Made by a program: the position numbers and the translations under genes. A stretch of DNA of 56,167 nt from Sedimentisphaerales bacterium. Lineage in GTDB: Bacteria; Planctomycetota; Phycisphaerae; Sedimentisphaerales; SM23-30. The stretch spans positions 1-56,167 of the forward strand of contig JAFGHE010000269.1 in assembly GCA_016930295.1 (NCBI GenBank). Direction: 5' to 3'. The notes below the pieces were generated by a model that did not search any database, was not told where the DNA came from, and saw nothing but the letters and a program-made list of their open reading frames with translations. Below, piece by piece: positions 36,023 through 45,294 of this stretch (the first letter of the stretch is position 1; the number at the start of each line of letters is the position of its first letter).

Positions 36023-38998
36023 ATGTATCTCAAAGCGACGAGTATGATTCTTGTTATTTTGTTTTTAGCGTGTGAATCCGTTTATTCCGATGTGGTGTGG
36101 TCGGATGAATTTGACGGCCCTGATATCAATAGGGACATTTGGACCTATGATGTTGGCGGATGGGGTTTTGGCAATGGCCAGTTCGAATATGACACCGCCC
36201 GTCAGGAAAATTCTTATATAGAGTCCGGCAGTCTTGTCATAGAAGCTCGTCGTGAAGACTATTTCGGCAATCAATTTACATCTGCAAGAATGCTTACCCA
36301 GGGGCGATTTGCTTTCAAATACGGCAGCCTTGAAGCCAGGATAAAATTCCCTGATACCGCCAATGGGTTGTGGCCGGCCTTCTGGATGCTGGGCAACAAT
36401 TTTCCTGCAATTGACTGGCCGATGGCGGGTGAGATAGACATCGTCGAGATGGGCTCAAAAGCCGGAATCGATGAAGGCCTTCAGCAGGAGAAGATCAACT
36501 GTGCGATACACTTCTCGGATGCCATGGGAGACTATGGTATGGATGTAGCATGGACCGATGCCGCCGTTGATCTCAGCCTCGATTACCATCTCTACAAAAT
36601 TTCCTGGACTCCTGCGGATATAACATTTTATCTTGACGGTGTTCCCTATGGCTCATGGGACATCACCCCTGATTATCTCAGGGAGTATCATCAGCCCTGT
36701 TTTGCTATCATTAACGTAGCTATCGGCGGCTGGGATCCCTCCTATACGGGAATATATGATCCCGGCCTGGTAACGGCCGCGTTCCCTGCAAAAATGTATG
36801 TTGACTGGATTCGACTTTCCAGCAACCCGTATACGGAACTCTGCCTGGGTGATGATATCGAGGAATTCGACAACTTCGGAATTTATACTGAAACAACGCC
36901 GGTGAACAATTCACTTGTTTATGGAGATGATACAGATCCCCAGTTCGAATATGGAACCGCGGCGGCCCTGTACCCATGGAACAATATGACCGAGTCACCC
37001 ACACCACCGCCTGCTTCTGAGGGAAGCGAGTGCTGGTCGTTTGATATCGCCGCGGGCAGCTGGTATGGAATGGGAGTCTTTCTGCCCAATTTTCGAAATA
37101 TGAAAAACTACTCTGACGGGTATCTCCACTTTGATATAAAGACAACCGGGACCGATCCTGTGAAAATTGGAATTAAAAGTTCCAGAGGCGGCGAATTCTG
37201 GCTGCCCCTGGGAGACGAAACAGCCGAGTTCGGGTTTGTTCGTGACGGGAACTGGCATGAGGTTAGTATTCCTCTCAACAGATATGCAAATACTGATTTC
37301 CTTACCATACATCAAATGTTCATGATCGCAGGTGACCCGCCTTCTTCATCCATGAACTTATCAATAGACAATGTATGGTGGGAACCAAGCCTGCCCAGGC
37401 CGACGCCCCAACAGGGTAATTTCGGTGTTTACACCGAAACGGCCTCAAACAGGGACGCGGGAGAATTTGGCCTTGGTATTGACGGCGACTTTTTTATATG
37501 GGAAAACACGCTGGTGGAGGGCACCCCGAGTCCCTATGAAGGCAGCGTGAGCATAAGCCTGGAATCAGCACCCGGTTTGAGCTGGTTTGCGGCAGCCTTT
37601 ACTCCGAATGTAAAACACAACCTGACAGCCTATAGATACCCGGAAAGCAGACTGCATTTTGCCATGAAGACCGGTTCATTAACACCTTTTATGATTGGAA
37701 TGAAAAGTGGCAACGTCGATGGGATCGGTCAGAAATGGATACCATTCGAGTCGGGCAGCGACCCGTACGGATTTGTTCGAGACGGCACATGGCATGTGAT
37801 AGATATACCGATGTCCGATATTACCACAGAAGTTGATCTTTCTGAGGTAAGCCAGCTCTTTCAGGTTTTAGGCATAAGCGGTTCGATTTCCGACATCGAA
37901 TTTGACGATATTTGCTTTACCGGAGGCGGCAGCCCCCTCGTCGGCGATGACAATCTTCCTCCTTCCGTAAGCATAACCAGCCCGGCCAGCGGCACATTTT
38001 TCAATCCGGGAGAGGATATTACGATTGAAGCTGATGCGAGTGACCCGGATGGAGATGGAACAGTAACCAAAGTAGAGTTTTACGAAGGGCTGAATTTATT
38101 AGGCGAAGACCTGGTAAGCCCTTACAGTTTTACTTTGAACAGTGTTTCGCAAGGCACGTATACGTTTAGGGCAAAAGCCACTGATCCCAATGATGCAACG
38201 CGTACTTCCGCACCGGTAACGGTTTATGTTGGCGTACCGGAATTGACATTGATTAATGTATCCCCGTCAACAGCAAGCATTGAAGAGGGGACAATACAGC
38301 AATTTACTGCGACGGGCCTTGACCAGTTCGGGCAGGAATTTCCGGCAGAAGTCAGCTGGTCCGTTTCGGGCGGTGGTGTGATCGACGAGAACGGATTCTT
38401 TGTAGCAGTGGATGTTGGCGGGCCATATACCGTTATGGCGGTAGAGGTGGTAGAAGGTATACTATCAGGAACAGCAAATGTCGATGTGTACGCCGGCGGG
38501 GTATGCAGCGGCCCATCAGGAAATGGTGATTACACCTGGGAAGCGAGCGGATCTGAGAGTAATCCAACCATCACGTTTATTCCTGCCAGGCCTGGAGTAG
38601 GAGATAGTCTGGTGATTCTCTATTATTCATTTTTGCCTGAAGGCGCTTACCCGGGTTACATTACAACGCCTGGTACACCCTACCCGATCCCGGGCACGTA
38701 TCCTGGTCAGACAGTCTATTTCTATTATACCTACAGCGTCCCGGAAGGGGGCGAACACACCACCTATGGAAACGAGCATAGTTTTCAGGTGGGCGTTTGC
38801 GACGCAATCATAGCCAGTGATTTCAACGGCAGCGGCAGAGTGAATCTTTCTGATTTTGCCCGTCTGGCAGGCTACTGGATGCAAACAAATTGCGAAGAGG
38901 GCAATAATTACTGCGAAGGGACCGACCATGTAGGAGATGGTGACGTAGATATCTATGACCTCTACTTGCTTATCTATAGCTGGTTAAAAGGAGATTGA
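36023..38998 (+). CDS. GH16 endo-beta-1,3-glucanase (laminarinase type), multimodular, with double dockerin-like tail
   Basis: Signal peptide; WSDEFDG, FTSARM, LWPAFWMLG, WPMAGEIDIVEM (EIDxxE catalytic); two repeated accessory modules, Ig-like domains; DFNGSGRVNLSDF...DHVGDGDVDIYDL. Confidence 0.92.
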   Translation: MYLKATSMILVILFLACESVYSDVVWSDEFDGPDINRDIWTYDVGGWGFGNGQFEYDTARQENSYIESGSLVIEARREDYFGNQFTSARMLTQGRFAFKYGSLEARIKFPDTANGLWPAFWMLGNNFPAIDWPMAGEIDIVEMGSKAGIDEGLQQEKINCAIHFSDAMGDYGMDVAWTDAAVDLSLDYHLYKISWTPADITFYLDGVPYGSWDITPDYLREYHQPCFAIINVAIGGWDPSYTGIYDPGLVTAAFPAKMYVDWIRLSSNPYTELCLGDDIEEFDNFGIYTETTPVNNSLVYGDDTDPQFEYGTAAALYPWNNMTESPTPPPASEGSECWSFDIAAGSWYGMGVFLPNFRNMKNYSDGYLHFDIKTTGTDPVKIGIKSSRGGEFWLPLGDETAEFGFVRDGNWHEVSIPLNRYANTDFLTIHQMFMIAGDPPSSSMNLSIDNVWWEPSLPRPTPQQGNFGVYTETASNRDAGEFGLGIDGDFFIWENTLVEGTPSPYEGSVSISLESAPGLSWFAAAFTPNVKHNLTAYRYPESRLHFAMKTGSLTPFMIGMKSGNVDGIGQKWIPFESGSDPYGFVRDGTWHVIDIPMSDITTEVDLSEVSQLFQVLGISGSISDIEFDDICFTGGGSPLVGDDNLPPSVSITSPASGTFFNPGEDITIEADASDPDGDGTVTKVEFYEGLNLLGEDLVSPYSFTLNSVSQGTYTFRAKATDPNDATRTSAPVTVYVGVPELTLINVSPSTASIEEGTIQQFTATGLDQFGQEFPAEVSWSVSGGGVIDENGFFVAVDVGGPYTVMAVEVVEGILSGTANVDVYAGGVCSGPSGNGDYTWEASGSESNPTITFIPARPGVGDSLVILYYSFLPEGAYPGYITTPGTPYPIPGTYPGQTVYFYYTYSVPEGGEHTTYGNEHSFQVGVCDAIIASDFNGSGRVNLSDFARLAGYWMQTNCEEGNNYCEGTDHVGDGDVDIYDLYLLIYSWLKGD

Positions 38999-39116
38999 AT
39001 GTTTTAGTACTGGTTTCATATCTTATGAAATCATGGTTACTAATAACTTTAATCGTCCTCATATCCGGTGTTTTTAATCCAGAAACAAGCGTTTGCAATA
39101 CTTTTGACGCTGGCGT

Positions 39117-39386
39117 CTATCTGATATGGCTCAAGCTCTGGTCAACCATATGACAGCCGGAGATGTTACAAGCCTGGTCCACATTTATAAACACTGGACC
39201 CACCTGAGGGCTCCATTCCGATGGGTCTGATTCCGGATAAATATCGGCCGGCGGCTCGTGACAGGTTTGACAGGCTAACTGGAAATGATGCGGTGAAACA
39301 GGCACAGGAGTCTCAGATGCTCCCACCTGTAACAGGGTAATGAATACCAAGTTGCCAATTACGGCCCAATTCTGCCTTGGATGCAT
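39117..39386 (-). pseudogene. Truncated c-type cytochrome (N-terminal fragment)
   Basis: Signal-like N-terminus, CQTCH and CNISGCH motifs; stops abruptly at LSHIR*. Confidence 0.55.
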
Positions 39387-39785
39387 GTTCCGTGCCTCGC
39401 TTTATCTGCTTATTAAAGGCATCTATAAACCACTAGCCGACCCTGTGGTCAGCTTCGGTTCCATGCATCCGCGTGCGGTCAGACGCTTATCCTGCTGTTT
39501 TACGTTAATATCCAGTTAAACAATAAGATATAAATTTTCCCGACGCAAATTTCAGAATGGCGAAATGGGTAAATTTTGAGCTTTGAAAGAAGTTAAGAGA
39601 GAAGCAGGAGTAATAAAATCGATGCGACCTGCATAGGTGTTATAATCGTTAGAATCTATATAGAGGAGCACGTGTGGGTTGTGAGCAGGAGAGAAGACGG
39701 GTAATAAAAGTATGGGCAATCATGCCTAAACTCGCTGTGCTCGTGTAGCAATGCCACCCGTTTGGAAAAGTATGGCACTCTGGGG

Positions 39786-39923
39786 TTAATCGTGGGTGGT
39801 TTCGCGGGCGTGGAGGCGGCGTTTGATGTTATGTAGTTGGCGGTCGATGGTGAAGAGGTAGAGGAAATAAATTATCCACGAGAGCGACAGGGCCACGCAT
39901 AAGTAGAAGAGTCCTTTATCCAT
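39786..39923 (-). CDS. ccmD: Heme exporter protein CcmD (not in the supplied ORF track)
   Basis: 45 aa MDKGLFYLCVALSLSWIIYFLYLFTIDRQLHNIKRRLHARETTHD: one TM helix plus basic tail, RBS AAGGA, directly after ccmC. Confidence 0.75.
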   Translation of the reverse strand: MDKGLFYLCVALSLSWIIYFLYLFTIDRQLHNIKRRLHARETTHD

Positions 39924-39933
39924 ATTTTTTCCT

Positions 39934-40566
39934 TTATGAGTATAGTTGTTGTTCCAACTGGTTTTGGCATTTGTACAGGTCGGCGCGTATCCAGATGAGC
40001 AGGCCGGCCAGGAGAAATGTTCCCACTATTCCCATGACAAAGGGGATTCTCTGCCAGGTATGATCGAATGTGAAATTGGGTTTGTGGATATCCGGGATGA
40101 GGCGGGCGCTGATGTAAACCAGGGGCACGTCCAGAAAGGCGATGATTCCGAACACGGCACAGACTTGCCCGCGGCGCCGGGCGGCGGGGATGGCGCTTCT
40201 GAGGATGAGATAAGCCACGTATAGGAACCAAAGTATGGCCGAGGTAATCAGTCGTATGCTGGGGGTCCACCATACATTCCATTCGGCACGGGAGAAAATC
40301 ATGCCGGTGAGGTTCAGGACCGTGGCGAAGACCAGTCCCACTTCCGCGGCGGCGGCGGCCACATGATCCCAGGATGACTTTTTGGTAATCAAATATCCGA
40401 TACTGCCGACCAGGACTACTATAAAACAAACCAAGGCGCAAATCGAGCTAGGCACGTGGAAATAAATAATATTGCGTACTACCGGATCTATTACTCCTTT
40501 GGTCAGGGCAATCCACATGGAAGTGACCAGGAGCAGACATGTTATGAGCATTAAAATTCGTCGCAT
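39934..40566 (-). CDS. ccmC: Heme exporter protein CcmC
   Basis: IIYFHVPS, tryptophan-rich WNVWWTPSIRL motif, PDIHKP; multiple TM helices. Confidence 0.92.
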   Translation of the reverse strand: MRRILMLITCLLLVTSMWIALTKGVIDPVVRNIIYFHVPSSICALVCFIVVLVGSIGYLITKKSSWDHVAAAAAEVGLVFATVLNLTGMIFSRAEWNVWWTPSIRLITSAILWFLYVAYLILRSAIPAARRRGQVCAVFGIIAFLDVPLVYISARLIPDIHKPNFTFDHTWQRIPFVMGIVGTFLLAGLLIWIRADLYKCQNQLEQQLYS

Positions 40567-40570
40567 TTTT

Positions 40571-41281
40571 TTATTCCTGTACTACGAAGCCGAACAACAG
40601 CCAGGCGGCGGTGACAAAGATTGCATCAAAGGCCGCCAGATATCCGATGGCGGTTTTAAAATTGCCGACCATGGTGAGCGCCCCGGTACCGATGAGTTCC
40701 TCAGGGAGCGTGCCAAAACACAGCAGCAGGGCAAAGGTGGCCGGCATCATGACCGGTAAAAGTATGGTAAGGACCAGGATACTCAGTATGGACCCGCGTA
40801 TCCGGGACACGTGGACGATAGCGGAAAACAAGGTCCCTACACTGGATATGGCTATGTTGCCCAGTAACAATATCGCGATTAAACGGGATAGTCCTGCCTG
40901 GACACTTAGTTTAAAGGTAAAGATGACGATAGGTACTAATATAATTTCAAAGATGCAAAGCATGGAGATATTGACCAGGAACTTGGCCAGGTAAACGACG
41001 CCGGGGTCTATGGGCGCCAGGAGCAGGCCATAGATGCAGTCCTGGTGCTGCTCGGTGGCGAACGAGCGTTCCTGGGCCATGAGCCCGGCAAACAGGAAGG
41101 CAATCCACAGGGCCGCCGGGCCCATTACCTGGGCGGGCATGGAGCCCACTTCCGAAACCAGACGGAGCACCCAGACAATGAGCATGCCGAGAACGATCAT
41201 GGCAGGCAATACCTCTCTGGCCCGCAATTCGGTCACCAGATCCTTAACGAAAATTGCCTTTATGCCATTGAACAGGAACAT
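40571..41281 (-). CDS. ccmB: Heme exporter permease CcmB
   Basis: KDLVTELR, ALWIAFLFAG, RSFATE, LLLAP...YLAK; about 6 TM helices. Confidence 0.92.
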   Translation of the reverse strand: MFLFNGIKAIFVKDLVTELRAREVLPAMIVLGMLIVWVLRLVSEVGSMPAQVMGPAALWIAFLFAGLMAQERSFATEQHQDCIYGLLLAPIDPGVVYLAKFLVNISMLCIFEIILVPIVIFTFKLSVQAGLSRLIAILLLGNIAISSVGTLFSAIVHVSRIRGSILSILVLTILLPVMMPATFALLLCFGTLPEELIGTGALTMVGNFKTAIGYLAAFDAIFVTAAWLLFGFVVQE

Positions 41282-42024
41282 TACGAGGCGCTCCTTGCAT
41301 AGGTAAGGTAATCACTGATAAACCGGTCATGGTCAATATCGCTGGTGGGGGCGTCAAAAATCAATTGCCCGCCGTCCAGGACCACAACCCGCTCACAGCA
41401 TTTGAGGCCGTAACTGGTTTCGTGTGTGGTCATGAGTATGGTCCCGCTGTTTTGGCGGAAGCAGTGCATGGTATCCACAAGGTGGCGCCCGGAGTTGAGG
41501 TCCAACCCGGTAAAAGGTTCGTCGGCCAGCAGAATGCGGGGCTGGTGCACCAGGGCCCGGGCAATCGCCAGACGCTGCATCATACCGCGGGAGAGTATGC
41601 CGGTTTTATCGTGGCGATAGCCCGTCAGAGCCGCATCATCGAGAAGTTCATTGACTCGCTGGCTCGGGTGAGGGACGCCGTATAAGCGCGCGGCAAACAT
41701 CAGGTTCTCGCTAACAGTCAAATCCGGATATAGCATGCTTTTATGCGAAATGACACCCAGTAAAGACTTGACGGCTGAGGCTTTTTTCGGCAGTTCCAGA
41801 GCGTTGATCTTCACCGTCCCGCGTGTCGGGTGGAGCAGGCCGGCCAGAATCCGCATCAGGGTACTCTTGCCGGCCCCGTTGGAGCCACACAGACACAGGG
41901 ACTGGCCTGCATGGACCTGCAGGTCAATTTTATTCAGAACCAGCCGGGATTCAAAGGCCATGCACAGACCATTAATATCGATGATCGGTGTATGGCCGGA
42001 TGCTGTGTCTGGTTTGCCGGTCAT
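41281..42024 (-). CDS. ccmA: Heme ABC exporter ATPase CcmA
   Basis: Walker A GSNGAGKS, signature LSRGMMQR, Walker B ILLADEP; ATGA overlap with the upstream gene; adjacent to ccmB. Confidence 0.9.
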   Translation of the reverse strand: MTGKPDTASGHTPIIDINGLCMAFESRLVLNKIDLQVHAGQSLCLCGSNGAGKSTLMRILAGLLHPTRGTVKINALELPKKASAVKSLLGVISHKSMLYPDLTVSENLMFAARLYGVPHPSQRVNELLDDAALTGYRHDKTGILSRGMMQRLAIARALVHQPRILLADEPFTGLDLNSGRHLVDTMHCFRQNSGTILMTTHETSYGLKCCERVVVLDGGQLIFDAPTSDIDHDRFISDYLTYARSAS

Positions 42025-43010
42025 GGAGCTTGTTTCTCCTGAGTTTTCATACGCCATATCACCACAACAGCCACGAACCCAAAAACCACTATCAGAATAA
42101 TCCAGGACGAACTATCGGTTTGTTTAACCAGTAATCCCGTCAGCCGGATGATGGCGGTATCATCTTTTTGAAACGATCCGAGAGAAAAATATTCGGCTGA
42201 CTTTCCGTCTGCCATAACCACTTCTGCGCCGGGGCCCAGACCCTCCGCGTCACCCAGAGGCAGGGCCAGGAAGAGGATACAATCATCGGTTTGCATGGAA
42301 AACTTTTTGGAAATTTCCATATCCCGTGAATCAATATCCAGCACGTAGGTAAAATTGATATCATATTCACCCGGCGCTACGGCCATGGGATCATAAAATC
42401 CTTCTTCCGAGAAAACCATCTCGTTTAAAACAAAATACCTGGAAGGCCGCACATCGCGGTATCCTTTGGGCAGGAAGACCTGGATAACCACCGGCGCTTC
42501 ACCTGTGCCCCGGGCAACCGGAGAGATCGCCAGGGAGGAAGAATTTTTCAAACGCATATATTCAGACACCTGCATGATATCTTCGCTCTGTTCGAGGGCG
42601 ATATGATGCGTTTTCACCGAAAGCTGCGACAGATCGGCAGAGACATCATAGACGTGTACGAGGGAGGATAACGGCGATGGTGACGGCTTCAGGGCCACCG
42701 GGCGACCGCTGAATGATATGGACTGATGATATCCCGCGGGTACCGCAGTAATCTCGTCCCCGGCGGGCAGGTCTTCAAAAATCACTTTTGACTCCTGATC
42801 GACCATTCCGACTCGGGTATCAAAAAACTCGTTTCCACGAAAGAGATTGACATCCACATGATCGCCGATGACAGATTGACCGCCCGGCGTGGCATTGACC
42901 ACGGTTACCTCGAGGGTTACGGTAAGGGGCTCTTCAGACGATTCCTGGCCCCACAACCCCGTTGGCACAAAAATAAAAATTAAAAAGATTAAAAAGAAAT
43001 TGCATCGCAA
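42021..43010 (-). CDS. Exported protein with C-terminal membrane anchor in the ccm operon, function unknown
   Basis: Signal peptide, beta-rich body (VTVVNATPGG), C-terminal TM WIILIVVFGFVAVVVIW. Confidence 0.65.
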   Translation of the reverse strand: MRCNFFLIFLIFIFVPTGLWGQESSEEPLTVTLEVTVVNATPGGQSVIGDHVDVNLFRGNEFFDTRVGMVDQESKVIFEDLPAGDEITAVPAGYHQSISFSGRPVALKPSPSPLSSLVHVYDVSADLSQLSVKTHHIALEQSEDIMQVSEYMRLKNSSSLAISPVARGTGEAPVVIQVFLPKGYRDVRPSRYFVLNEMVFSEEGFYDPMAVAPGEYDINFTYVLDIDSRDMEISKKFSMQTDDCILFLALPLGDAEGLGPGAEVVMADGKSAEYFSLGSFQKDDTAIIRLTGLLVKQTDSSSWIILIVVFGFVAVVVIWRMKTQEKQAP

Positions 43011-43014
43011 CGGG

Positions 43015-43119
43015 TCAATCCCCCTTGTTTTCAGTAGGATGCTTAGGGTCTCTGGCCAGTAAGGGCCAGATAATCATTAGTACACACACGGCCAACAATA
43101 TCCATTTGATGATTTGCAT
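43015..43119 (-). CDS. Small single-TM protein (34 aa), possibly a CcmI-like N-terminal remnant
   Basis: MQIIKWILLAVCVLMIIWPLLARDPKHPTENKGD with AGGA RBS; fills the gap between ccmF and the next gene. Confidence 0.45.
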   Translation of the reverse strand: MQIIKWILLAVCVLMIIWPLLARDPKHPTENKGD

Positions 43120-43168
43120 TTTAAATCCTGACACTTATTTCTCTAATTTTCAAACAGGTCTCCATCCA

Positions 43169-45145
43169 TTATACCTTCGGTCGATTTCGATACCAAGTGA
43201 ATAAAACCAGCAGGGCGCCCGCGATAATGAAGATAGAGCCCAGCCAGAGCCAGTTGATTAGCGGCTTGAGGCGGATCTCGATATTAATAAGCCGGCCGTC
43301 ATCTTCAATCGCGACCAGGGTTACATATAAATCTTCGGTAAGCGTGCGGCGGATATGCGGTTCACTGGTGCGCCGCTGCCTTTCATAGAAGGCTATCGCG
43401 GGTTCCATCCGGGTCAGGAATTTCCCGTTTTTATAGACGGTTAAGAGAGTTGCGGTCTGGCTGTAATTCGGCCCCTGGGAAGTAGATATCTGTTCAAAGA
43501 GAATATCGTATTGACCCCCGAAGAAAGAGGCCGTCTGGCCGGTGCGCATAGCCCGGGTTTCTGTTTTACCAAATCCTTCCGCTCCGGCAATCGCCACGAA
43601 CATCAACACCACACCGGTGTGGGCCATGAGTGCCCCGTACCAGCTTAGCGGCCGTGCCGGCCGGGGAGAGCCGGATGCTGAAACGCCCGGCGGGCGGATG
43701 AAATCGATAATGATATTCAAGGTGACAAAAGCGGAGATGATAAAACAGGGAATGGATAACATACGAAACATAAACCAGATTCCGATAGCAATCCCGGCGG
43801 TAACGGCGGCCAATCCCAGGCGCCAGTGCATTTGAAATCCCCGCCGGAAAAGAAGGGGACACAGTCCGATCAGAAGAAACATCAGGAGTCCGACCGGCGC
43901 GGTGATTTTAGTAAAGTAGGCCGATTGAAGCGTGATGGGGCTGTCGGGCACGTGATTGCGAAAATAGGGCAGATGCGGGGCCACCTGTTTATATCCGGCA
44001 CTCAAGAGGGGAAACATGGTACCCAGAAATATTACAATAAAAAGTACTATGAAAATCCAGTTTACCCAAATGATAATTCCGCTGCCGCTGACTTCCCTGC
44101 TGTCGGGTGGTTGAGTGTTAGACAGCAGACCTCTGACAGCCAGAATAAAGGCGACTGACCATATGGCTGCAATCAAGGCCGGGAATATATAGGACAAGCC
44201 CGGATCGGGGAACGCGTGAACACTGGCCACGACCCCGGAGCGGGTCAGGAAGGTGCCAAACAGACTCAAGGTATAACAGAACAAGCAAAGAAAAAACACC
44301 CAGCGCGCCACGCGTGAACCGGGCCGGAATTTTTTAAAACTGTGGAGCAGGGCTGTTCCGATCAGCCAGGGCATGAGCGAGGAGTTTTCGACCGGATCCC
44401 AGGCCCAGAACCCACCCCAACCCAGTTCCTCATAGGCCCACCATGAACCCAGGATATTACCAATAGTCAAAAACAGCCAGGCCGTCAGCATCCAGTTACG
44501 AGCCTGAATAAATAAAGGAGGCCGATTGTGCTGATACGTTCCCGCCAGGGCGGCCAGGGCCCAGGCAAAGGGAATGATATACGCGGCATACCCCAGGAAC
44601 AGAGCCGGGGGATGAAATACCATGGCCGGATGCTGCAGGAGAGGGTTCAGTCCGTTGCCGTCCGCGGGCGGGTTAAGGTAAGTGGCAAAGAGACTGTTAT
44701 CGCTGTTATCCACAAAATTTTTATCCCAAAGCAGCACGACCAGGAAACAACCGCAGATCACATTGGTGACCATGCGGGCTCGGGCGGCAAAACGCTCGTC
44801 GTCAGAGGCACGATTAAAAACCAGGGCCGTAATGCCGACCTGCATCCATAACCACAGCAGTAATGACCCGGAGGAACCGGCCCACAGGGCACTTAACTTG
44901 TAGGGCAGCGGAAGCAATATCGAAGAATGGCCGGCGACGTACTTGATGCTGAAATCATTCTGAATCAGGGCGATTAACAGGACGGCCATAGCGGCTGAAA
45001 GACACAGCCAGCAGGCCCAGAGAGCATTGCGCCCACTGTGCATTAAGGCCTTTTGCCGGCGGGCGGCGCCGATTGCATCAATCACTATGGCATACAGGCT
45101 GATAAATAATGCCAGACGAAGTATAAACGTGCCCAGTTCGGCCAT
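43169..45145 (-). CDS. ccmF: Cytochrome c heme lyase CcmF
   Basis: GLNPLLQHPAMVFHPP, WAYEELGWGGFWAWDPVENSSLMPWL, FLTRSGVVASVHAF, KPLINWLWLG. Confidence 0.96.
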   Translation of the reverse strand: MAELGTFILRLALFISLYAIVIDAIGAARRQKALMHSGRNALWACWLCLSAAMAVLLIALIQNDFSIKYVAGHSSILLPLPYKLSALWAGSSGSLLLWLWMQVGITALVFNRASDDERFAARARMVTNVICGCFLVVLLWDKNFVDNSDNSLFATYLNPPADGNGLNPLLQHPAMVFHPPALFLGYAAYIIPFAWALAALAGTYQHNRPPLFIQARNWMLTAWLFLTIGNILGSWWAYEELGWGGFWAWDPVENSSLMPWLIGTALLHSFKKFRPGSRVARWVFFLCLFCYTLSLFGTFLTRSGVVASVHAFPDPGLSYIFPALIAAIWSVAFILAVRGLLSNTQPPDSREVSGSGIIIWVNWIFIVLFIVIFLGTMFPLLSAGYKQVAPHLPYFRNHVPDSPITLQSAYFTKITAPVGLLMFLLIGLCPLLFRRGFQMHWRLGLAAVTAGIAIGIWFMFRMLSIPCFIISAFVTLNIIIDFIRPPGVSASGSPRPARPLSWYGALMAHTGVVLMFVAIAGAEGFGKTETRAMRTGQTASFFGGQYDILFEQISTSQGPNYSQTATLLTVYKNGKFLTRMEPAIAFYERQRRTSEPHIRRTLTEDLYVTLVAIEDDGRLINIEIRLKPLINWLWLGSIFIIAGALLVLFTWYRNRPKV

Positions 45146-45294
45146 GTGTTCAGTTCCTTGTTTTCAGGGAAAAAACATGCTTATGCCTCTGGGAATTTCC
45201 CCATCCCCAATCCCACCAGCGGCGGACTTGAGCCTGCCGCCCGGTCGTTTCGCGTAAGCATGTCACTTATTATTTTCGTTTCAGGTAATGGAAT

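Noticed and set aside
45215-45245. GC-rich imperfect palindrome between ccmE and ccmF, and a similar REP-like stretch near 39720-39760
   Set aside because: Each is single-copy in this window, so a repeat family cannot be supported; could be an mRNA-stabilising hairpin.
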